Shown: in pieces, positions 12,930 through 24,300 of the stretch
Position numbering within the stretch: the first letter of the stretch is position 1
Layout: each line of letters starts with the position of its first letter
Origin: Raillietiella orientalis
Taxonomy: Eukaryota
Assembly: GCA_036172245.1 (NCBI GenBank)
Contig: JAYWIR010000008.1
Location: 3,720,001-3,784,000, forward strand
Length of the DNA stretch: 64,000 bases
Reading direction: 5' to 3'
Translations under genes and position numbers: made by a program
Notes under the pieces: model-generated
Database searches by the model: none
Seen by the model: only the letters and a program-made list of their open reading frames with translations
What the model was told of the DNA's origin: nothing

Positions 12930-13620
12930 GGCGTCACCTGAAGGACGATGCATCCAGGAGATGTATCCCAACTGTGTTTGGATACTTGAAGCCGCCATTA
13001 GGTGCCTCATTTTATCCACATGCAACTTAGGGATACCTAATTCACGGATGACTCTATCGTTCCGAGTGTCCCACGATCCGAGCGATCCTGCAATAAAGGC
13101 GCATGGGCTTGGGCTGAAGACCTTTCCTTGTGGACAGCAAGACAATCTCCCGGTACTTCTTTTCTTTTCCCGGTCTTGTGAGGCTGCATACCTCTTCCTT
13201 ATTTTCGAAGGTACACGAGACTGCCGGGATGAATATCTGATTCGTCTTCTGCAGTATAAGATCCGGTCTTGGGCTGGAATCGGACCCACCAACTTTTCTG
13301 CCATGCTACATCCTTCAACGCCGCTGATGGTCTTTCGACTGTGGCGTTATGCCTAGATGGGTACGGAAGGGAATGCCTCGTGCAGTGGTCTAACATGTGA
13401 GGCAGGGTCTCATCCCACGCTACGCAACACGCCCCGAGTCGGTAGCAGGACGAATCCTCCGGCATGGATGCATCGGAAGTCGCCCCAAAGAGTTCTCCGT
13501 TAGTTAGAAAGCAGATGGCTGAGCGGTGAAGCTCCTGACCTCAGCCAAAAGACCGAGGGGGGATCGAACTCTGGGCTACTGAGAGAAGCAGATCCGAGCG
13601 AAATCGCGAGCACACCAGGA
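12930..13620 (-). mobile_element. Degenerate REL-endonuclease non-LTR retrotransposon (NeSL/Utopia/R2-like), C-terminal part
   Basis: Across frameshifts: SPLSHLLSN*RRTLWGDFRCIHAGGFVLLPTRG, CCHC-finger remnant ETLPHMLDHC, RHNATV, RPDLILQK..IPAVSCTFEN, KEKKY, AFIAGSLGSWD.RNDRVIRELGI..MRHLM; this is the motif order of PD-(D/E)xK REL elements. Confidence 0.85.
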
Positions 13621-13859
13621 ATCGCGGTCGCTACACGCACATCGTCGCACGCACATATGCGATCCTTGGTGTGCTGAAAACGGACCAGGTTCTGCTGACC
13701 GTACGGTTCCGTTCGATTTCGAAAGAGGGAAGAGACTGCGTTGCTGCTTTTGCTCCACGAAGGCACTCGTAAGCGCGCCCGGCGGCGACTCCCGTATCCA
13801 ATCGGTTCGCAAGGCGACGCCGATCGAAGCAGCATTTGCCACGGTCGAGAAAGTTTCCT

Positions 13860-14304
13860 ACCAGCGACGAGGAAATCTATAAGAAATCACACAGTTTCTG
13901 CTGGGAGAAGCACCTGCTGCTGCGCGCCCGTGCAACGCGCACCGCCACCACCGGACGAGGGGGAGGAAACGCGGATCCCAACTGCGCCAGGTGCGGGGAG
14001 GAAGAGACCTTCCTCCACCTGCTAGTGACGCATGTTGCCCTGCCCTAAGGGCACCGTGGGAACGTCCTTCTACGTCCCCTTCTTCCCTCGTGGTCACTCC
14101 CTTGCCTTTCTGTGCGCAGTGCCTGGTCGCCAGTTGCCGCCGTGGCAGCGCCATGACGACTGCGCCATGAGACTTTGCCTCCAGGAACGACGCCGAGAGT
14201 GGACGGCACCGCTCTCTTTGCCATCCGGTTCCTTCGGGTCGTGCCAGGTGGAAACACCCGCACTGCCGGAAACCTGCAAAGGATGCAGAGGACCCCTCTT
14301 CAAT
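13860..14304 (+). mobile_element. LINE zf-RVT remnant, interrupted on its 3' side by the piggyBac MITE
   Basis: DPNCARCGEEETFLHLLV matches the C-x2-C-x4-E-x3-H zinc-binding motif downstream of non-LTR RT. Confidence 0.6.
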
Positions 14305-14308
14305 TTAA

Positions 14309-14744
14309 CCCTTCGGGTGCGGAGCTCATCAGATTGAGACTTCTGTGTTGACGACACGCGAGTCGCCGCCGTAGCGATCTCTGTGGACGGAACGCTTCTT
14401 TGCGCACCGCGTCCTCCATCGAGGTACCGATTGACTTCATAAAGTGCTAACCGAAGTCACTATTATAGTTGTTTATTTACACCTTTATTTATTGTTTGTT
14501 TATTTTATTTACACGGAGAAGTGGCTCTCTGAAAAACCGAGAATAGTTAGCCGCTGTAAACAGAATTTTGTTTACTGCCGTTTCCAAGGTACTTATAAGA
14601 ACGTAAGTGTCCATCCCGAACATGGATAGTGTTAACTTCGCGAGCATAAGGTGAAAACATTTGCCAAACGCATATAAAGAGTGTCCACAGTCCACGCTGA
14701 TGGTTTTCGTCGTACGCACCTATGCGTCCGTGGCACTCGAAGGG
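14309..14744. mobile_element. piggyBac-type non-autonomous element (MITE), 436 bp
   Basis: TTAA target duplications at 14305-14308 and 14745-14748; terminal inverted repeats CCCTTCGGGTGC / GCACTCGAAGGG (11/12 match); AT-rich non-coding interior. Confidence 0.75.
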
Positions 14745-15299
14745 TTAAACAGACCGTTTCTGTTTTTTTTGCTTCTTCAAATCCCTTGAATCCCTTTGCA
14801 ATGTTGTGGACCTCCCTTGGGAGATCTCGGACCTGGTGCGACTCCCACCAATCCCTCCCTTTGGGAGTCGGTGGGACTTTGCCCTCCAGCGCACCCGGGT
14901 GATGAAACGCCTGCTGTTTGAGAGCCAAAAGATCGTATCCAATGAGAGAAAATCCTCAATACTGACGCAATGACCTCATCGATGAGGTCATTGAATACAA
15001 TATCGGCTAATGCTGCAATGAAATCAAAGCTGCGAATTAAATCGAGCAAATGAATTTCCCGGCTGGTGATTATTGCAAAAACAAATGCGTGAGGGGTCCG
15101 TTAAACAAAACAAAGACGCCACTGCTGCTTACGATACAAGAAGGCTGCCGTCTTGGATGAACTCATTTATTAAGCATTTATCAAAGAACTGAGTTGAACA
15201 GATTGCATGTTTTCTTCATCATCAGTCATTTGGTTTTCGTTATTTCTCCCCAATAATAATAATAATCATAATTACAGATTGCCTTCCACTACGAGACAT

Positions 15300-16420
15300 A
15301 GAATTGTTTGTCCCGCCTCCCTTCCGCCTTGCTATCGAAAGACGGACCGAAGACCTCTTGAGGAAAGCCCTGTGGGGACAGGCAGGTCCAGAGTCCGACT
15401 AAAAGACCTGTGTGTTTCGCGTCGGGATGGTGGACTCGCGCTGGAGCGGATGGAGCGTCACCTCCAAATTCGAAGACTACTCCTCCTTGGGGCGGAGTTA
15501 TGGACCACGTCTTGGTGCACACCAGCACCCCTCCTCGCCAAGTGGGCAGTCGGCTGCGACGCACTGTCTTCCGTCCTCGTGGCCAACGAAACGAGTTCGA
15601 GGCATTGTGGCCATCAACTTCGAGAAATGGTTGCCCGGGTGGAGGAGGGCACCTGGATCTCCTGCCTCCCGGCGAACCGCACTGCCTTGCTCCAGGAGAC
15701 CGTTGACGCGTTGGGAGGATCAACGGCTCCATCGCGGAGGAATACGCATGACTGCGACGAGGCAGAAATGCTCATCGGTCGCTGCGGGAGATCGTGACCA
15801 ACCCGCGCAAGACGCTGTGGGCTTCGTTTACCCCCCTTGCCCCAGCGCTGCTCTCCCCAAGGGAAGCAAAAGATAGCGACCTTTTAGCAAGACGAGGGGC
15901 GTCCTGCTGCATTGCAGCAAGGGAGAAACATCTGGGTGTTCGCGGACAACTCGGCAACTGACGAGCGCTGCGACCCCAAGTGTCCCGCCCAAAGGACCTC
16001 TCCGCTGAGGCAAGGGGGCTGCTGGCGATTCCTCAAGAATCCCTGAGGTGGCCTCCTGTGCTACAGGACAACCTCACTCTCCCTCTCAGATGGCAGGAAT
16101 CGGCGTTGCTGCTGTTGCATTGGGGAATCCCGTGCAGAGCGTGCCTTCACCACTGGACCCTGGAGAGGACAGGTGCAGGGAAAGGGAGACACCCTCCCAC
16201 ACCTGCTCCTTGACTGCGTTGCCCTCCGGCCCCTGTAAGAAAGTTTCGTGACGATCCTCCGAATCCCCAAGGGCGATCCTGGGGACGTTGTCAAGCGCCT
16301 CTTCGTGTGTTGACCACCCCACCGTGCAATGTGATCGCCGTGCTCTTCCTGAGGAGCGCCTTCGTATCTGGAGAACCAAGACGACCAGGGGCCACCCTCT
16401 CAATGCCGGAGACGTTCTCC
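15300..16420 (+). mobile_element. Decayed L1/Tx1-like LINE (post-RT region and zinc finger)
   Basis: LRKALWG..RVRLKDLCVSRRDGGLAL (~L.xP+..GGLGL), then WQESALLLLHWGIPC..CRERETPSH. Confidence 0.65.
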
Positions 16421-16499
16421 CGAGACACCGGATTGCCGCCTGATTCCCGGGAGGTCATCGGGCTGCCGGTGCGCACAGCGTCCCCTGCGAACACGCCTC

Positions 16500-17600
16500 C
16501 GAAGCCTGAGCTATCCTAGCCATCTTGCCCATAGCTGCGGACGCATCCGTGGTCCCCGAAGCGAGGTGGTGCGCACTCCATTGCCGCCAATGCGGGAGAA
16601 ACGCCACTCTCTGTGGCAAGCGCACCCGCGAGCGCACGGGGCAGTCGAACGCTCCCTCGTGCGGATACACGCTCGCGCTGGAGTGCTGGGGAGGCGACTC
16701 CCCATCTCTTCCCCTGCTACCCCTCTCTCTGATGGGTTTCCGCGCCTCCTGGTGGCGAAAGACCGAAGCTCCTAGTGCTCCGATGACGAAAGCCCCACGC
16801 AGCGCCATGGAGCGAAAATGGGGCGCGCCCCGGCCTGTCCGAGCTGGCCGGGTTCTCTGCGTTCGCTGAGAACGGCCGTGCTGAAAAAAGCCCCCGGGCG
16901 TCGTGCGCTTCGGACCCTCAGGCGTTCCGAGAGGCGCGGGGTGCGTCCCCCAGAACCCAGGATGCAAATGTGGAAGTCATCTTCAGTTGACCCGCACGCA
17001 CGGCACTGTTGTAGTGAGGGTTCCCGGTCCATGCCGTACAGTATGCGTCCGCAGTAGAACGCCAGGAGGCAGTCCTGGATGTCCGGTGGCGGCGAGGACC
17101 TCCACAGGACCGTCCCGATCGCCTGTGGGTCGAGGGCAGGACCCCCAGGCCTGCCATGCATCTTGCCGTGGTTTCAGACTGCGGTGGTGCCCTTTGGTGA
17201 TTTTGATTCGGTTGTTTGGGGATTCACCTTTGTCTGCTGCTTGCCTTGGGACTCTCCAGTCCTGTGGGTCATCCTCCCTTGCATTTTTTGTTTGTAGGCG
17301 AGGACTCGCCACGCGTGGATGACTCAGCTCCGTGGGCGCAGTCGCTCGCGTCGCCTCGTGGTCGTCTTCTTCCTTTCGTGGATTCAGGCTTACAGGTCCC
17401 GAGGGACGCTGATGAACAGCAGGGTCACCTCGGTGAGTTCCCCGTCCCCGGTTTCTCTGCTCCTTTTCTTCGCGTGCTGTTGTTTAGATAACCGGCGACT
17501 CGGGGAGATGGCGGTGGAGGCGCACGTGGGAGCAGATCCGCGTGGAGTCCTGGCGCCTCTGGTCGGCAGCGGCATGGCAAGGAGAATAAAGTGACTCGTA
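16500..17600 (-). mobile_element. Decayed LINE 3' region (zf-RVT)
   Basis: LWRSSPPPDIQDCLLAFYCGRI..QCRACGSTEDDFHI motif. Confidence 0.55.
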
Positions 17601-17999
17601 GCCGTCACCTTGGGACGTGTGTGTGTGTGGGGGGAAGGACTGACGCTAGTCACTTCCTTCACCCTCTTCGGAGGGGGGCGCAGAAGCAGGTGCAGCCAGC
17701 GGCCCGACTCGCTCTCTCGGAGTCGGATCGGAAAGGCGACGCCTCATGATGGGGAGGAAGACGGAAAGAAGGAAGGCAGGTGAGACCTGCGAGCGTGTTC
17801 GGGGCCGCAGGAGGGAAACCTCGGCGTCATGGAGTTCATAGCGACGAGCGTCCCAAATCTGCGTGGGATGTAAAGATATCCTCTCTCTGTTCCCTTCTAC
17901 TGCTGCACTGGCGCTTGCGAGTTCCGAGGAACATTAGGGCGGAGTCAGAGAGAAGGGGGAGGGGGCGATTCTCTGAGGCGCACGCTGCTAATTCAGCGG

Positions 18000-19320
18000 C
18001 CTGACTTCCACACCCTTGCTAGAGGTCCGGGAGGCAAAAGCCATTGAGTCATGGATCCCTGGTGCCACCCGTAAGCTCAGGCGGGAGCGCTTCGTGGACC
18101 TGAAAGGGGTTTGCCCTCTGGGATCTTCACCCGGTCGTCCAGACTGCGATCGCGCCATCTCTAGAGCGCGCCAAAAGGCTGCAATGAGTACAGGAGAGAC
18201 ACGGCAGATGGAGCAGCGCTAGCAGCGCGGAGGGGGCCGCGGAAGGCGGGGGCGCTTTCGCGGGCATCCTGAGTGAGTCGCTGCTGCCGCGCCTGCGACT
18301 CTTTTTTTGGGTTCACCAAGCATGAAGAATTGGCCGTCTCCTTGGCGTAGGGAGAGGGAAGTTCACGAAAGGTCCCCTCTATAAGGGGTACCTCGGGAGG
18401 GTACCACCTTATGAATCCAGGAAGACTCCGGAGGAAGGAGTTCGTTCTCTTCTCATTCTTGGGTGGAAACACTGAAGGGAACCACCTCTTCCTCATTCAT
18501 TCCGGAGGCACCCCTGGAGGGGTCCGCTTCATTCTTTCTTTTCTGGAGGGAACCCGGAAAGGGTTGGCTCCTTGCCTCCTCCTCTGAAGAGAACTCCGAA
18601 GGGACGCTTCCCAGTTTCTCTCTGAAGGGCGCTCCCCGAAGGGAGCAGCGTGCTTCCTACACTCTGGAAAAGTATCGATCCACTAGCTTCACAGTATGCG
18701 AAGGAGGGTCCCCACCCTTCAAGGGAGGGACAACCCTCCTTGCACAACCGGAGGGGATCCCCGAAGGGTTCCTTGGTTCCTGGATGGACCTCTGAGGGTC
18801 GACTTCCAATCTTGGCCAGCCAACGAGGATATCAGGAGGGTGTCCGGCTTCCACCAGCGCCGCACCCTCCCTTTGAAGTGGCAGGAGTTGGAGTTGATGA
18901 TACTGCATTGGGGCCTCCCGTGCAACGTCCGCCGGCATCTGTGGACACGGGTGTGCGTGAACCCAAACTGTGCATGCTGCGAGGAGCAGGAGTCCTTCCC
19001 GCACCTCCTGGTAGACTGTGTTGTCCTCCGGCCCCTTTGAGGACGCTTGGTCACGGCCCTTGGAGCCCCCGGCGGCAACGCTAGAGACGTTTTAAAGTGC
19101 CTCTTCCTGAGCGACGCCCTCTCTCCGGCCGAATCCCTAGCAGCACTCTGCTGCCTACGCGGGATCGTGGCCACAACGACAGGGACGCCATCCATTTTGC
19201 TGTCCTCTACATGAGGACAGCATCAAGATGGTCCCATCTGGGAACTATAATACAGGAACTTGCCGGCATCCTTGCAAGGATGCAGCGGGCGCTCTCCAAC
19301 ACGCAGAGATCCCTTCCCGA
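18000..19320 (+). mobile_element. Decayed L1/Tx1-like LINE 3' region, split by SINE copy C
   Basis: PLKWQELELMILHWGLPCNVRRHLW..NPNCACCEEQESFPHLLVDC is a clear zf-RVT; same family as 15300-16420. Confidence 0.7.
18302..18867 (-). mobile_element. tRNA-derived long SINE, 5'-truncated copy C inserted into a LINE remnant
   Basis: Reverse complement starts at GGGTGCGGCGCTGGTGGAAGC, shares the body blocks of copies A/B and ends in an A7 tail; lacks the tRNA head. Confidence 0.75.
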
Positions 19321-19539
19321 ACCCCCCTCCCTCCCTTCATCTTTTTTGACTGCAGTTTTTTTGGCTTGTTTTTTTCTTTTTGTTTGTCTTCCCTTCCTTT
19401 GTGCTGCCGAGGCGTACCCTGCTGGTCTGCGTGACAGACCCGGGCAAGTTCCTTTTCGTATTCATAAGTAAGTAACGTAGCGAGGTCAAACATCCTTCCA
19501 CAGACATGGAGGTTTACAAGTAAACGCCCCGGCGTGACC

Positions 19540-20640
19540 GAGTGTCAGCCAATTTCGAACCTGGAGACCGTGGGCCAACCATCGTCATCCTGCGAAGAAA
19601 ACTCGAAATCCATGACACGCCCATTTGTCGGTGTCGATCCTTCCCCGGGCGCAACGCTCCGTGCCACGCGCGGAGGTCGCAGCCGCACAGCTGCCGACGC
19701 GGATTCTTCGGAGACGGCGAATCAGCTCTGGTTCGGCGTTAGCAGGCTGTCGCGCAGTCCGGCCGCCAATCTTCCTCCTTGCTGGTGGGCTCGCGCCACG
19801 AACCTCGGAGGCAGAAGACGCCGCTGCGGCGAAGACCCGCAGTCGCGGCTTGCTGCCCTCCGGCTCCACTTTTCTCGCGCCGTTTCTGCGGAACTGAAGG
19901 CAGCCGGTCGCACCCGATGCAACCCGCGTTCCCACTGCCTCCCGCCTTCAGACTTCACTGTTCGTGGGAGGCAGGTGAGTCCGTGGGCGTTTGCTCCCCC
20001 GGGCGGCCGCTTGCCAGAGCAGGAAACCGTAGGAGGTGAGGCTCCAGTGGCCGCGCGAAAGCAGGGTTGCCAGTCCATCTCAGATGGCTGCTGGCTCGAG
20101 GAGCAGGCAGAGCACCGTGTGGATTCGAGGATTGGGGGCTGACGGCCCGAGCCGCTGCCCCGAGCGAGCAGGGACGCAGCCGATCGTAGTTGCTGGAGGC
20201 GCGTAGCCCGGGAAGAAACCCCCAGCCACCGCACCGGCAGCTGGGAAAAGACAAGCCTGACGGACTGCAGGCCGCAGCGAGGAGATGATCCGGGAACATT
20301 CGGTGCCGGACGTCGAATAGACTCAGTCCGTCCCGGGGATTGGTCGCAAGCTGCGACTCAATGAATCTGCTGCTCCATGGATGCGAAGGAGTGATCCCAC
20401 AGGATCTCATTCGCGAAGGAGGGTGAAGAGTGGCTTAACCGAGAAGGGCACCTGCCGATGAAGCGCCCTGGCCCCCCACGAATCGTGCGGCATAAGGCTC
20501 CGGAGGAGTCAGGGCTGCGCAGAGAGGGCGAGCACCGAGGGTGGCTCTCCGCCTAGTCTCTATATGGGCACCTGCACTGGAGAGGCCGATAGCCGTGGGT
20601 TCCGTTGGACGGAGAAATCGCGAGGGAGCTCGCACTTCCT
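19540..20640 (-). mobile_element. Decayed LINE post-RT fragment
   Basis: QLATNPRDGLSLFDVRHR (~L..P...GGLGL.D); GC-rich and heavily frameshifted. Confidence 0.4.
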
Positions 20641-21399
20641 AGGAGGCGGACGACTCACACTGGGAGAGGTACGGATGCAGCAGCACTCCCGGGGCATCTA
20701 ACGAAAGCGTGAGGCGGGATGCTGTCCACGAAAAAGCCAACCCCAGTAACCTCTACCTCGTGAGGAGGAGGAGGGGATGATGATAGCCCCAACGACGAGG
20801 ACGACGAGGACGATGAAGAGGGGGAGGAGGCCAGGGGAATTTCAGGGAGAGCGAGGTAGCTATCCACCTCCACCACCACTCCTTCATTTGATTGTACCCA
20901 CTCCCTTCCGCATACTTTGTAAATAAAGATGGTTTTCAATGCAGGACCAGCACTGAAAGCAGAAGTCTAGGAGATTGGACCCTCTTCGCGGTGCCTTCAA
21001 ACTCTTCTGGAGTTCCCTCTTCATTTTGAAGGCAGAACTGCTCGATGCCATTTGGCGACTTGGTGCCAAAAACTTCATTTAACGGAACAGCACTGGCTAG
21101 GAGCAAGAAGGGTGCGGCGGCATGCACAGAAAGAGACGCAGGGAGAAGCCTGCGAAAAGCAAAGCAACCAGCTCTCAAGAGTCTGCGAAGAAGCTAAGCA
21201 AACAAGCAAACAAGGAGCGATTATGAAGTAAAGGGGAGCGCAAAAGACGGCTTCGCTCCTTCGCCTTTCCTGTATTTGCAGAACCTTCCTGCGTTCGGTT
21301 GGAAAACATCACCCGAATCAGGCTCTCAATTCCCTTACTGGCTTGCAATGCATGCTAAAGTTTTAGGCCTGCAAATGGTCGGATCTCTTCAGGAGTGGC

Positions 21400-24300
21400 A
21401 GGAAATCTAGTGTAACAGATGCAGTCCATATCTGACAGCAAATCCTGTGAATCCGATGTCAAGGTACTTAATCGACACGCAAAGACTTGTGCTTCGTAGA
21501 AGGAATGTTTGAGAATTTCCAACACAGTTCCTTAGAATGTATGTCTCGCCCAAAAGGGCATTGGAGGACGACGACTTTGCATTCACCTTACTAAGAATCG
21601 TGGGCGTTTCAAATATTCTCGTGATCGCTCCCATTCGTCTTTATAGAAGTACCTTAGTGAACTTCCAATCCTTTAGTCAAAAGAAAGCTCCCTCCTTCAG
21701 GAAATTGGTAAAGATCTGTCCACTATTTGCATATATCACTCGTTCAGATTTGCAAGGTACACTCAATGTGCAATTCATGCCGCCTCCACAGACCTAAGGA
21801 TCCATTTTGCTGCCCTTATTCGTTATGAGCCGTGAGATAAAGTCTTGAAACCTTCATAGAAATCACAGGACGCGAGAACCCATGTTCTTAAGTCCTTCAA
21901 TTTTAATTTCAAAGTCAAACCGTACCTTCTGTTTTGGTAGTTATAGAAACATTTGAAACTTTCAAACAGCAGAAAGTCCACTATTTAGCATTCTAATTAG
22001 CGAAGATCACGTCAGCTTCTCAAAATCGACATAGTTCGCTAATCGTGGGTTCTTTCTTAATGATGGACACTCATAAAAGACGTTCTAGTTTTATTTTGAT
22101 AATTATATACTACATTAAATTTTCAAAAAGGAAGCGAGAAATGTTAGAACAGAAGTGCGAAAGCAAATGGTGAATCAGGAAAAATTCCTGCTTCCTTTCC
22201 TGTTATCATGAACTATGTGAAGTTGCACTTTTAGTTAGCCATGGATGCTTTGTCGAGTGGACCAAGCAGCGACTTGGATATTCACATGAGAAATTCGTCA
22301 CACAAAGACTATCTCAATATGAAGATGTGAATTTTGTTAAAATAGATACATTTTATAAGGAAGAAAATTCGGTTCTCCAGTAAATAAATGACACTGACAA
22401 TTGAATAGTTCTTCCACTCAGTTAGCTCTTCTACAAGATTTGTCAAGTAAATCACATAAAATACTAAGAATAATAGCGAAATCACTTCACTTCTCTTCAC
22501 ATTCTCAGCATTACATCATGAAACTCCTTATGATCGAGAACTCATTTCCACTATTTTATACAATTCTTCTCTTACAATGTATTTGACATTTTGAAAATGG
22601 GCATCTACTGCTGCAGCGCTTTTGGAAATAAAATTTAAATAATGGAAAAGAATTCCCCTTCCGCTAGTTCTGCTGGATGCTTATTGATTCGTATGACACA
22701 ATGATTTGTAAGATTGATCTTGAACGTTCACCGGTTATTTCTTGGCAAGTTATACCTTTGATTATCAATGTGCTTTTAGAGGAAATCACACCATCATAAT
22801 GAAGGCTTTCAGGAACATGGAAATAATGTTTGTTCACTCTCTTTAAAGTCAGTATCGTAAAGCAACCTAACGTAACAAAATGGATCTTAAAATCACTAAA
22901 ATTGCCAAAACATAATACATGGACTCCACAACAGAAAAATTATGGCTTTCTATCAGGCTCTTCAGTTTTTAATTCGATGAGCATGATACATTAAAATTAT
23001 AGGACTTATTTTTTTTGTTTATTATTTTTGTTTCTTCGAGGAAGCTATTCGTGAAACGTGCGAAATCATGACGAAATCAATTATTAAGGACTCAATTGGA
23101 AGCCATAAATAGTAGGCTTTAAAAAATTCAAAATCGATTTCTGTCTTTGAAGACTGACAATAATCATAAATACCGAAATCTATATGAAGTTTGCGCGATT
23201 TCACAACAACACTTGAAGTCTCTAAAATCTTCATAATCATATAATAATCCTTGGATGTTCATTAAAAACTTTTTAATGATTAATGACTTAATTATGAGTC
23301 ATATGTTTGATGCTTTTGGAAAACGTGCCACATCTGCATTCAGAAATCACAATTCTTTATGACAAAAATAACAAAATTACCCTGAAAGACTCTGTTCCAT
23401 TTTACAGGGTTTTTCAGTAAGGCATCGAGATGAATAGGTTTGAAAAATTGGCTTATGCACATCAATGAAAAGCGGAAAGCCTGCAAGTTGTTTCAATATG
23501 TTGTATGTGCGAGGCACTGTTCCCGAGTGTAAAACAAAATGATGAAGTGTATTACATCATTATTTAGGACTAACGTTTCAAACCCACTAGGAGTTGATGC
23601 CTTTGGAACTTAAGATTTGACTTAATGGCTGGTAAACTCATTCCCAAAGTGTTTTAAATTAAGATAATAAAAATTGAAGCAAGGAATCATGTATGTCCTA
23701 TGTAAGTTCAGCCATTAGAACATCGCAGACAATTTCATTAAATTAACATGAAAATATTGTTTTGATCCAGAATTTGAATATGTGCATTGTGATATACGGT
23801 GTTCGAAGCAGGCTGCAAAATAGATATACGGTAAGCGACTGCTTCGTTTTTTTGTAAGGATTTATTATATAATCAAATCTTTGAACAGATTTCAAATATG
23901 GGACATTTGTGTGTTACTTTTCTTGTTTGCGTTTGAGTTCATTTCATTTAATGACTAGTCGAGATCTATTGAACCACGTTAGTTCGGACCAATGTGCTTT
24001 ATGACTTGTGTAGGTTGCTTTAAGGGAAAGTTGATTTTTGTGACTGTATACAGTTAGAGTTTATCTTATATGCATAATACATGTGCTTTGTAGTGAAATG
24101 AAATAGCCAAGATGAGAAAATCATTGCGACAATTGTATGGTAGCGGTGGTTCTTTTAAGAATTCATTCCCTCTGCAACATAATTGTAAACCAGCAAGTGC
24201 TACTAAATTTGTGTTCTGTAATCCGTGTTTCGACGAATCGCACAAGGGTGTTTGCTTTTCCAGTAATGTTCATGAACTGTTTACAAATTAGATTTGGAAT

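Noticed and set aside
13534..13575. U2 snRNA-like 23-mer (CTCGGTCTTTTGGCTGAGGTCAG, ~19/23 to the U2 5' end) preceded by GTTCGATCCC on the - strand inside the Utopia-like element
   Set aside because: It lies in frame within the element's coding sequence (..SVFWLRSGASPLSH..), and the U2 branch-recognition and Sm sequences do not follow; most likely coincidence, though tempting because Utopia targets U2.
14930..15060. Protein-like minus-strand stretch (ALADIVFNDLIDEVIASVL)
   Set aside because: Too short, with no supporting splice partners or recognisable family; cannot be called.
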